From a virus (taxonomy: Duplodnaviria > Caudoviricetes): a DNA stretch of 33,656 nt. The first letter of the stretch is position 1; each line of letters opens with the position of its first letter. Shown piece after piece: positions 16,042-24,177 of the stretch. The notes below the pieces were generated by a model. The model saw nothing but the letters and a program-made list of their open reading frames with translations, was not told where the DNA came from and ran no database searches. Where the stretch lies: IMG/VR virus record IMGVR_UViG_3300024331_000081, positions 1 to 33,656 of that record; one strand, given 5' to 3'. The position numbers and the translations under genes were made by a program.

Positions 16042-16429
16042 TCTGCCAAGCGAAACAAGGGGAAGGGCGGGCCCAAGGAAGGGCGCCCGACCACCCAGGG
16101 GTCCAGGGGCAGTTGGCTCCCTGTAAGGAATGGCACCGCGGGGACCCGGAACGCCGGGTTAAAGAAAACCCCGCCACAAAGGGCGGGGGTTCTTACCGGG
16201 TGTCCGGAGGGGAGGGTCACCAGTTGACCTCTAGGACCCAGCGGGGACGGATTATCCGGAATCCCCGTCTCCATAAGTGGAACCGGGGAACGTACCATGC
16301 CCTGGTACAGTAGTATTGTACCCTCATAACCGGGTACCGAAGTACATTGCAACACAGATACACCCAGCAACCGCGAAATAACCGATCAGACCCAGGATCA
16401 AACCGTTGAACATTACACACCCCTTTCGT

Positions 16430-16463
16430 AAAAGAAAGATCGGAAGCTTACGCTTCCGATCTT
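16430..16463 (-). terminator. rho-independent terminator
   Basis: perfect 12-bp stem AAGATCGGAAGC-GTAA-GCTTCCGATCTT then TCTTTT on minus. Confidence 0.8.
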
Positions 16464-16477
16464 CCGTTCTTCCGTTC

Positions 16478-16708
16478 TTACTTTTTGGAAGCTTCGTACT
16501 TTAGTAAGTAATTATGAAAGTACTGATCACGTTCTGTGTTCAAACAGTACTTCATAATCGATTTTTTGGTCCAACCTTTTTCGATACCATAACAGAAAGC
16601 TTCGAACTTACTATTGAACACTTGTTCAATTTTGGAAGCTTGTTCGTCCGTAAGAACGATCGTTCCATTGTACTTGTTCGAAACTTTACGATTTACGATC
16701 TTTAACAT
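16478..16708 (-). CDS. small HTH-like protein (family member 1, ~34% GC)
   Basis: 76 aa; AAAGGT RBS; paralogue of 15686-15913. Confidence 0.85.
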   Translation of the reverse strand: MLKIVNRKVSNKYNGTIVLTDEQASKIEQVFNSKFEAFCYGIEKGWTKKSIMKYCLNTERDQYFHNYLLKYEASKK

Positions 16709-16730
16709 TTTACTTACCTTTCATTTTACT

Positions 16731-16772
16731 GTAAGATCGAAATGTAAAAAACATTTTTTACACTTCTCTTAC
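16731..16772. promoter_or_regulatory. AT-rich palindrome at the divergence point
   Basis: TGTAAAAAA-CA-TTTTTTACA (16743-16762) nested in GTAAGA/TCTTAC. Confidence 0.55.
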
Positions 16773-16859
16773 GTACATTTGCACCTGAATTCTCTACCCA
16801 AAATGGGAAATCCCGCAGAAAAGGGGGAGTGTGCCTATTCGTACAAAGCGCAATACTCA

Positions 16860-16923
16860 AAAAAGAATCTTATGGTCGCCCTCAATTTTCTTCTTGACCG
16901 CCCAAATGCCCATGTATTATAAT
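16860..16923 (+). promoter_or_regulatory. rightward sigma70-like promoter for the packaging/lysis arm
   Basis: AAAAAGAATCTTATGG box, TTGACC-18 bp-TATAAT. Confidence 0.75.
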
Positions 16924-16953
16924 CTATGGAGAATCACAGAGGCGCATCACATA

Positions 16954-18546
16954 GTGTACGGCTCCGCTCCCAACCAGCAAAACCAGCCCCAACAGGGTCG
17001 GGGGCTCCAAGTGCATCAGTCCCCGTCCTCCACCTCGGTCAAAATCACTCGGGCAGATATCGTCCGGGAAGCCTCCAGACGTGTGCCACTTAACCAGCTA
17101 GGCCTCCCAGAAGGCTTCCACCGCTCAGACCTCCTACATACAGACTGCGTGAAGAAGGTGCTCACCCAAGATGAGCTCATGCGGTCTCCCAACGACCCAC
17201 ACATCGACCTCTCACGAGGCATCCTCACGGATGAAGGCCCTCTCCTCATCCTTGACGAGCGGCTCATCCGTCTTGCCTACGTCCCTCTGGACTATCGTGA
17301 GAACTTCCCGACTCTCCCAAACTCTGGTCAACCGTTCTGGGCGCAGCTAGACTTCGAGCCCACCGAAGCCTTCAAAGCTTTCGAGGCCTATCTCAAGCAA
17401 GGTACCGATGAAGGTGCTCGACGTCTCTTCGCCTTGGCATGTATCCCCAGTATCCAGGCGCTCACCGGTGCTTCACTACCACCCTACCCTAATGGGAACG
17501 GCAACGGCTATGACTACCGGCCAGCTACTCCTAGCAGCTACCGTGGCGGCCCTCGTCCTGTGCACGATCCTGGGCAAGTCCCTGGTCGCGAGGGACGAAG
17601 AGAGACGCAGGAGGGAGCATATGGCCCGCAAGGAGCTCGACCGGCTCCGCAAGTTGGGTCCTCGCCAGGGCCAACCTCCGCCCACCCCACCCAAACCACC
17701 GAAGATCGTGAATACGAAAGATCCCGAGAATTAGCACTGCAGGCTAACCGACAACTACAAGAGTGGCATACCATCTACTACTGGGGGCCTCGTTCACGTT
17801 CCCACGATCTGTTCTATTTGGATGGGATCCGTCAGGGCCAAGTTATGCGCGCCCTCCATCTGCAGAACGATCACTTCAGGGACGCAACAAAGCTCTACAA
17901 CGACGTCCTGGCTTTCATCCACGGAGAGGTGGACGGCTCCACTACCGAAGATGGCGTCCCAAGATTCTGGGCAGAGATGTCTCCCAGAGTCCTGGTCGAC
18001 TTCATGAAAGTCTTATCACAAATGCAGCGGCTCTCCCTAGGGCTGCCTGCAGCACAGACACCGAATATTGATAGCCCTTCCAACGTTATCAATATTCTGA
18101 GATCGCTCGTGGGAGCTGGTGTTGAAGGCGGTGCACCAAGCGGCGGAAGGCTGGGGGCGGCTTTCCTAAGCGGGTTAGGAAGCAACACTTCAGCCGGCTC
18201 CCGCGGGCGACCCCGTACAGCGTACGACGAGAACAACAACCTGATCTCTCAGTCGCAGTCGACAGGGAGCTCCACCGCGGCCTCGCAGACCCTGAGCGCG
18301 AGTCATGGGTCAGCCGGAAGTCAGGGGATGCCTGGAGACATCTCAGATGAGGATCGGGTCCGTCGTATCTCGATGCTGTTTAACACTGCGAAAGCTCGTC
18401 GCGAGGCTAACAGGCCTAATCCCCAAGCGGCCTCCCCTGACCCAGAACCCGATCCCCGCCCAGACCCCGAACCCGAACAACGCGAACTCGAACTCGAACT
18501 TACTCCCGCCCCAGACGAACAGGAGTACCCAGATGCCCCAAGGTGA
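16954..18546 (+). CDS. putative terminase small subunit-like protein with low-complexity insertions
   Basis: FWAQLDFEPTEAFKAFEAYL..G...R ... L.EW...YYW..R...D resembles the W.R..GE...AF.AF..Y / W..RA.A.D TerS-like family; upstream of terL; GTG start chosen downstream of the promoter. Confidence 0.55.
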   Translation: MYGSAPNQQNQPQQGRGLQVHQSPSSTSVKITRADIVREASRRVPLNQLGLPEGFHRSDLLHTDCVKKVLTQDELMRSPNDPHIDLSRGILTDEGPLLILDERLIRLAYVPLDYRENFPTLPNSGQPFWAQLDFEPTEAFKAFEAYLKQGTDEGARRLFALACIPSIQALTGASLPPYPNGNGNGYDYRPATPSSYRGGPRPVHDPGQVPGREGRRETQEGAYGPQGARPAPQVGSSPGPTSAHPTQTTEDREYERSRELALQANRQLQEWHTIYYWGPRSRSHDLFYLDGIRQGQVMRALHLQNDHFRDATKLYNDVLAFIHGEVDGSTTEDGVPRFWAEMSPRVLVDFMKVLSQMQRLSLGLPAAQTPNIDSPSNVINILRSLVGAGVEGGAPSGGRLGAAFLSGLGSNTSAGSRGRPRTAYDENNNLISQSQSTGSSTAASQTLSASHGSAGSQGMPGDISDEDRVRRISMLFNTAKARREANRPNPQAASPDPEPDPRPDPEPEQRELELELTPAPDEQEYPDAPR

Positions 18547-19393
18547 TATGCAACTCTCCTCGTATGGCGAGTCCTTCCTCAAGCAGTTTGAAGGATGCAA
18601 GCTCGAGGCCTACCTCGACTCTGCAGGTGTGTGGACGATCGGCTGGGGTCACACCCCTGCCAGCCAAGGCCAGCGTATCTCCCAGGCTCAAGCCGATGCT
18701 TGGTTCACCTCAGACGTCAACACTCGGTATGCTAACAAGCTGAACGAGTACCTCCACAACGGCAAGCAGGCTCTCGCCCCGACTACGCAGAACCAGTTCG
18801 ATGCGATGCTGTCCTTGATGTACAACATCGGGTCAGGGGCGTTTAAGACGTCCTCAGTCCTCCGCTACCACCTCCAAGGCGACTACGAGGCTGCCTCGAG
18901 AGCATTCGCCTCCTGGAACAAGATCCACAAAGACGGCGAGCTCGTTGTCAGCCAAGGCCTCGCTTCACGTCGGGCTAAGGAGGCTGCCATCTACTTGGAG
19001 AAGCAGCCGATCACTACCCCGCATACCACCCACCCACAGACCCAGCCCCAAAGTCAACCTGCCAACCCAGCTCACCCAGAGGCTCGTCCCGACTTGAAGC
19101 CCTCACCAGCCCCCTCGCAGAACACGATGCCCCAGCCAACCAATACTTCCACATCAGGCCAGATCAACACGCTCCATACTCTCCGCAGGGGTGACCAAGG
19201 AGAGGCAGTCAAGACTCTCCAGCAGAACCTCATTACTTTAGGAGCCGGAATCGCAGCAGACGGGGACTTCGGTGAGTTGACTGAGACAGCTGTCTTGAAC
19301 TACCAGTCCAGGATCGGCCTCCAACCAAACGGCATCGCAGATCCTATCCTGCAGACCCGTCTCATCGACGAAGTGGCCCGCATCAAAGGCTAA
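18533..19393 (+). CDS. endolysin: GH24 lysozyme + P/T/Q linker + PG-binding domain
   Basis: E-x8-D-x5-T catalytic motif FEGCKLEAYLDSAGVWTIGWGHT; QNQFDAMLSL.YN.G; LRRGDQGEAVKTLQ..L...DGDFG..T; AGGAG RBS. Confidence 0.92.
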   Translation: MPQGDMQLSSYGESFLKQFEGCKLEAYLDSAGVWTIGWGHTPASQGQRISQAQADAWFTSDVNTRYANKLNEYLHNGKQALAPTTQNQFDAMLSLMYNIGSGAFKTSSVLRYHLQGDYEAASRAFASWNKIHKDGELVVSQGLASRRAKEAAIYLEKQPITTPHTTHPQTQPQSQPANPAHPEARPDLKPSPAPSQNTMPQPTNTSTSGQINTLHTLRRGDQGEAVKTLQQNLITLGAGIAADGDFGELTETAVLNYQSRIGLQPNGIADPILQTRLIDEVARIKG

Positions 19394-19397
19394 TACT

Positions 19398-19781
19398 ATG
19401 TCCCACTCAGATCCCGGCCCAGGCCCCGCACCCTCCTCGCCCTCCCCGATGAATAACATGTCGGTACCTCCGGTATCGACATTACCGAAAGCTGTGCAGC
19501 AGCTTCTTCTGGATACCCCAGCGACTCCGGCGACTCCCTACGCGAGCTTAGAGGTCCTGATCTATGCCCTGGTCAGGTCAGGGATCCTCGTGGCTTGTGG
19601 GGTCGGGCTGGCAGTCCCCGCGTTTATGATCGACGGACCAGCACTCTACGCAGTTATCGGCGCCTTGGTGTCTGGCGGGACTGCAGCCTGGTCAATATGG
19701 CAGAAGATTCAAGCGGCACGTAAGGATTTTGCAGGCTCTGTGCAGTCAGCTAAGACGGGACTGCCCGTTCAAGTACGTTAA
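19398..19781 (+). CDS. putative holin (2 TM)
   Basis: directly after the endolysin; two hydrophobic helices ending AAWSIWQK. Confidence 0.6.
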   Translation: MSHSDPGPGPAPSSPSPMNNMSVPPVSTLPKAVQQLLLDTPATPATPYASLEVLIYALVRSGILVACGVGLAVPAFMIDGPALYAVIGALVSGGTAAWSIWQKIQAARKDFAGSVQSAKTGLPVQVR

Positions 19782-19808
19782 CCTCAACCGAGATGCAAGG
19801 TATGAGAT

Positions 19809-20294
19809 TTGACGGAGCCAAAACCCTTAAGAACGCTTGGCGATAAGACTGAGCACGCTCTATTTCTGATCTTGGGCGCGCGATGGCTAGGACACGGGAG
19901 AGCTACTGAATGCTTACTCACGTGCATAGCGCTAACATATGGTACGGCCCTGACTTTGTGGACGTCCCCTGGGTGGGAGAGCTCGGCTCTGATACAACTC
20001 GCTTGGCAGGGGAGGGACCACTTAGTTGGCTATGCACTACTGCTAAAAGCAGCTCTGAGCGGATTTGGACTCATAGCAAATATAAGGGGGTGGATGGGAT
20101 CAAGGTATTTCAGATTCTTCGGCGCTTTTATCGGTTCTGCAATTTGGGTATGGTTCGCCCGTCAATACTGGGCCGTAGGGCAACCCATACTGTTGTCGTC
20201 GATAGTATGCATGTGGTTCTTCCTCTTCTCCGTAAGGATAATGGGACTTGCGCTGGCAAACAGGCCTCTGCCGGGAGTACCCGGCCAACTATAA
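19809..20294 (+). CDS. multi-pass (4 TM) membrane protein, lysis cluster
   Basis: four hydrophobic segments; position in the lysis cluster. Confidence 0.65.
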   Translation: MTEPKPLRTLGDKTEHALFLILGARWLGHGRATECLLTCIALTYGTALTLWTSPGWESSALIQLAWQGRDHLVGYALLLKAALSGFGLIANIRGWMGSRYFRFFGAFIGSAIWVWFARQYWAVGQPILLSSIVCMWFFLFSVRIMGLALANRPLPGVPGQL

Positions 20295-20308
20295 AGGCTG
20301 GCTCGCCT

Positions 20309-20836
20309 ATGATTCTCAACCTAAGTGATGCTGTACTATCGGCAGTCATAGCTGGAGGGGCGTCAGTGATAGGCGCGGTTATCGGCTGGCTCTTTAAGAG
20401 AGGTCTTGCGAAAGAGACGTCGTCATCTACAAGTCTAAACGTACAATTGCAAGCATGGGCATCTCTAGCTCAAGAGCTACAGGATCAGATTGAATACAGA
20501 GACGGTCGTATCAGGACACTCACATCTAACGAACGCGAAATGGAAGAACGCCTCGAGGAGTGCGAGCGGGACCGACGATCTCTCAGGGGCGCTGTTAACC
20601 AGACACATCTCCACATGAACCAGCTACGAGCCCACCTGGGGATGCCTCCGATCCCAGAGTCTGAGCTCTACACGGGCAACACTTTGGATAGCCCCTTTGC
20701 ACGAGACCGGGAAGATCGCATCAACCTCCGCAGAAGCAATCAGCGAGAGCGTGATCGCGAGACCGACAGAGATCGCAGGGATCGAGATCGGGACCGAGAT
20801 CCTCTCCGGGACAGGGATAAGGACAAGGAGACGTAG
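20309..20836 (+). CDS. membrane-anchored coiled-coil protein with R/D-alternating tail
   Basis: start trimmed to MILNLSD; N-terminal TM, heptad region, RDRETDRDRRDRDRDRD tail. Confidence 0.7.
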   Translation: MILNLSDAVLSAVIAGGASVIGAVIGWLFKRGLAKETSSSTSLNVQLQAWASLAQELQDQIEYRDGRIRTLTSNEREMEERLEECERDRRSLRGAVNQTHLHMNQLRAHLGMPPIPESELYTGNTLDSPFARDREDRINLRRSNQRERDRETDRDRRDRDRDRDPLRDRDKDKET

Positions 20837-20839
20837 TAC

Positions 20840-21133
20840 ATGGCAAATGCAGACTTTGACTTAGGGCAGATCCGGGCGCAAAGGAACAACAGCGGCTCCT
20901 ACGCTCGGTTCTATGCAGTCACTCCTAGCGACACGGTAGACCTCCCGTTCCTCCCGACCGCAATATACGTCGGAGTAGGCGGGACTGGCAAAACCATCAC
21001 CTTCCAGGACGTCGATGGCAACTCCGTCCTGCTTACAGGTCTGCTCAGTGGAACGATCTACCCTATCCGCGCTGCCAGGATTATGAGCACAGGGACCGAT
21101 GCGACGAACATCGTCGCTATGGCTCCGGAATAG
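20840..21133 (+). CDS. head-spike base protein-like (RcGTA Rcc01079-type)
   Basis: AVTPSDTVDLP...AIYVGVGG...GTIYPIRAARI.STGT.ATNIVA pattern; AAGGAG RBS. Confidence 0.7.
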   Translation: MANADFDLGQIRAQRNNSGSYARFYAVTPSDTVDLPFLPTAIYVGVGGTGKTITFQDVDGNSVLLTGLLSGTIYPIRAARIMSTGTDATNIVAMAPE

Positions 21134-21163
21134 CCAGCCCAGCCAGCCAGCCTGGATAGCCCG

Positions 21164-21502
21164 ATGTACTACGGAAGAGACTTCCCCAGTGCAGATCCGA
21201 CAACGATCCAACGCTATTCGTTTGACTTCGCTCCGCAGATCCCCGAGCTCGACTCGTTAGCGTCTGTCGTGTGGGGTATGGAAGTCGCTCCGTCCTACGC
21301 ATATCAGGAAACGGATGCCGACGCAGACACGAGGCACTCGAACCCTCAAGAGGCGGGTTCGGAGGTGTTCATCGTACTCAGTACGATGGTTGCTAACTGC
21401 CGGTATAAAGTGGTTGCGACAGTTACCACAGTAAACGGGCTCGTCGTTGACTACTTCGCATTCATAGTCTGCAACCAACGTCCTCTACAACCAACTGCCT
21501 AG
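21164..21502 (+). CDS. putative fibre/virion adaptor protein (Ig-like)
   Basis: DP.....YSFDF......DSL.SV.W...Y.V...VTT.NG pattern. Confidence 0.55.
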   Translation: MYYGRDFPSADPTTIQRYSFDFAPQIPELDSLASVVWGMEVAPSYAYQETDADADTRHSNPQEAGSEVFIVLSTMVANCRYKVVATVTTVNGLVVDYFAFIVCNQRPLQPTA

Positions 21503-21513
21503 CCCACACCCCA

Positions 21514-23634
21514 ATGCCCGACGGCGATCCGCACGTAGTAGCGAACCTAGACCTTAGAGACGCTGCAGCCCTTCAGCGGGCTAAGGTAAGGTCTATTGCT
21601 GCCCAAGTTGAAGAGTTCGAGGAACTCCTGCCGTACCTTACGTACCAGGAGCGGATGGAGATTGACCGTCTCCTCTCGTCTGTCTACACCCCGATCTGGG
21701 AGCCGTTTGAGGGTCCTCAGTCGATCGCCTTGGACTGTATGGCTGACGAGCTCTTCTACGGAGGAGCAGCTGGAGGCGGTAAGACAGACCTCTTACTGGG
21801 GTGTGCGCTGACTCGGCATTGGAGATCAGTCATCTTCCGCAGAGAGTACGCGGAACTTAAGGGTATCAGAGAGCGAGCTCAAGAGCTGTACGAGGATATC
21901 GGGAGGTTCAACGGACAGCTAGAGTTGTGGCGCATTACTGATGGCGAACACAAAGGTGTTCGGATCGAATTTGGAGCCTGCCAGAACCTTGGCGATGAGC
22001 GCAAGTTCCAAGGACGTCCTCACGACCTGAAAGCATTCGACGAGATTACGCAGTTCACGGAAGAGCAGTTCAGGTTCCTAATCACCTGGAACCGTACTTC
22101 ACGTATAGGACAGCGTAGTCGCGTGATTGCTACAGGCAACCCTCCCGTTAACTCCGAAGGGAGGTGGGTCGTTGACTATTGGGCTCCATGGCTTGATCCT
22201 CGTCACCCGAATCCTGCTAAAGAGGGTGAGCTCCGCTACTTTATTACCGTTCCGTTGGGCACGATCTCGTTCGTTTACGCCGACAGTGGAGAACCAGTCG
22301 AAGGATTCTCCAGAGAAGTCTTGGGTCACGACATTGAAGTTCCCGACTCGCGACCAATTCGTATTGTCGAAGACGGTGAGGAACCTGATGTTGCCGAACC
22401 TAAGTCGCGCACCTTCATCCGAGCCAGAGTCGAAGACAACCCAAGACTCATGGAGACTGGGTACAGACGGACTCTACAGGGCCTACCTGAGCCACTCCGT
22501 TCGAGAATGCTCCGTGGAGACTTCGGAGTCGGAGAAGAAGATAACGTCTGGCAAGTAATTCCTACCGATTGGGTTCTACAAGCCCAAGCGAGGTGGGCAC
22601 CTACGTTCGAGCTGTACTTGGGTAAGGCTATCAGACTCAGACGAGAACGTCAGCAAGAGTGGGCAAAGAAGAAGGCAGAACTGGATGCACAGCTGTTGGT
22701 CCAGGCTAAGGACCAGGTTCAGAAGGACCAAGAGGGAATTAAAACTGGCGGAAACCCTGAGTCCGGTGCAGATGTTGTTACCCCGTCCGCCCCCACCCCC
22801 GTTCATCCAGGAGCCCGCTCCCCGCAAATCGACCCACCCTTTCCGCCAACGCGTTTGAAGTCCAAACCCTTGCCAGAATCTCTGTTAAAGCTGTCCGGAG
22901 TAAGTGTTCGGGAGTGGACTCGCGATAAGGTCGACAAGAAACAGCCCCTTGAGGAGGATCTGCCTGAGAACACCGAAATGTTCTCCCGTAGATTAGAGAG
23001 GGCGCAGCGGGAAGGAGCAATTGGAGTCGACATCTCTCGAGGCGGACGAGACTATACCATTATCGCCGAAAGGCTCGAGAATTGGTTTGCGTCTCTTACG
23101 GCCATTCCAGGATCTCAGACACCGGATGGTGCAGCTGTTATCCAAGCTCTAGTCAATGCAGGATTCTCAGGGAGGCGTATACAAGTTGACGTTACTGGTG
23201 TAGGTACGGGTCCTGTTGATATAGGACTCATGCACAACATGAACGTAATACCTATGGTCTTTGCAGGAAAGAGCGAGGCAACTGACAAATCAGGGAAATT
23301 GCGCTTTGCAAACCTCAGAGCTGAATGGTTTTGGAAGTTCCGTGAAGCTCTCGATCCTGTCACTGGTACCGATATTGCTCTACCTCCCGATCCTCAGCTC
23401 CTTGCTGACCTGTGTGCTCCTCTTTGGTCTCTGACTGCACGTGGAATCCTGGTAGAGGCTAAGGAGCACATCAAAGACCGTCTGAAACGTTCGCCCGATC
23501 GTGGTGAAGCTGTCGTCCTGGCGCATGCACGCCCGTATACAGCGGGGCTAGGCTTCCTACACCACGTCAGAGACGAGGTCGAAACAGCAAAAGCCCAACT
23601 AGAACGCCCCCGGAGAAGCCCCAATGAGAATTAG
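21514..23634 (+). CDS. terL: terminase large subunit
   Basis: Walker A YGGAAGGGKT, Walker B AFDEITQF, ATGNPP, RNase H-like GVDISRGGRD, SPDRGEA. Confidence 0.95.
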   Translation: MPDGDPHVVANLDLRDAAALQRAKVRSIAAQVEEFEELLPYLTYQERMEIDRLLSSVYTPIWEPFEGPQSIALDCMADELFYGGAAGGGKTDLLLGCALTRHWRSVIFRREYAELKGIRERAQELYEDIGRFNGQLELWRITDGEHKGVRIEFGACQNLGDERKFQGRPHDLKAFDEITQFTEEQFRFLITWNRTSRIGQRSRVIATGNPPVNSEGRWVVDYWAPWLDPRHPNPAKEGELRYFITVPLGTISFVYADSGEPVEGFSREVLGHDIEVPDSRPIRIVEDGEEPDVAEPKSRTFIRARVEDNPRLMETGYRRTLQGLPEPLRSRMLRGDFGVGEEDNVWQVIPTDWVLQAQARWAPTFELYLGKAIRLRRERQQEWAKKKAELDAQLLVQAKDQVQKDQEGIKTGGNPESGADVVTPSAPTPVHPGARSPQIDPPFPPTRLKSKPLPESLLKLSGVSVREWTRDKVDKKQPLEEDLPENTEMFSRRLERAQREGAIGVDISRGGRDYTIIAERLENWFASLTAIPGSQTPDGAAVIQALVNAGFSGRRIQVDVTGVGTGPVDIGLMHNMNVIPMVFAGKSEATDKSGKLRFANLRAEWFWKFREALDPVTGTDIALPPDPQLLADLCAPLWSLTARGILVEAKEHIKDRLKRSPDRGEAVVLAHARPYTAGLGFLHHVRDEVETAKAQLERPRRSPNEN

Positions 23635-23977
23635 GATCATATGCGATTCGAACTGTGAAGGGGATAGGATACCTCCACAGATACTAGGTTCAATAGAGAA
23701 TCAGGATTTCTGCGGTACTGCAGATGCCTACCATACTATCGACAAGGATGGTAGGAATCATGTCTTCATGTATCTAGACTACTGGGTTGATGACGATGGG
23801 GCTCCTACAGCCCGGGCCAAAGATCTCACACACGGACACCGTTTGCCCTTTATAGGGCCAGGTACCTGTGCTCGGAAGGAGGTTTTCCTGCATGCTGTGG
23901 CTAACATAGCAGATACTCCTCCAGATCTTAGCGGCATTCAGAGTTTTGAGCCATGCAAATCCGCTCTGAAGTCCTGA
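23624..23977 (+). CDS. hypothetical protein
   Basis: 117 aa overlapping the terL stop; GGAG RBS. Confidence 0.6.
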   Translation: MRIRIICDSNCEGDRIPPQILGSIENQDFCGTADAYHTIDKDGRNHVFMYLDYWVDDDGAPTARAKDLTHGHRLPFIGPGTCARKEVFLHAVANIADTPPDLSGIQSFEPCKSALKS

Positions 23978-24177
23978 CAGAGTGCTTCGATCTCATCATT
24001 AAGGGATCGGGGTACGCGGAATCTGCCTGGAATATCCTCAACCAATGCGCCATTGAAGGGCGAGACCTGACAGACGAGGAGGTTGAAGAGTTCGACGACC
24101 TGATGGACTCTGCCCGTGACGACCTAGAGGGTCCTAGATTGGCTGTGGACCTCGGAAAGGATAAGATTTATGCCTGA
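23953..24177 (+). CDS. acidic hypothetical protein
   Basis: 74 aa; EGRDLTDEEVEEFD. Confidence 0.6.
   Translation: MQIRSEVLTECFDLIIKGSGYAESAWNILNQCAIEGRDLTDEEVEEFDDLMDSARDDLEGPRLAVDLGKDKIYA

Noticed and set aside
15914-16420. Long ORF-track calls (15686-16177 extension, 15819-16313, 16002-16370, 16217-16420)
   Set aside because: They read through a consensus promoter and the hairpin spacer; the paralogue alignment fixes the real start at 15913.
15686-16708. DGR template/variable repeat pair
   Set aside because: Differences between the copies include many non-adenine positions, both are intact genes, and there is no reverse transcriptase in the window.
19910-20308. N-terminal 133 aa of the 308-aa ORF as an overlapping gene or spanin
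   Set aside because: It overlaps the 4-TM gene in another frame, has no lipobox, and looks like shadow-frame sequence.
22597-23016. Intein or intron in terL
   Set aside because: No Cys/Ser start with His-Asn end, no homing-endonuclease motif, and the frame is uninterrupted.
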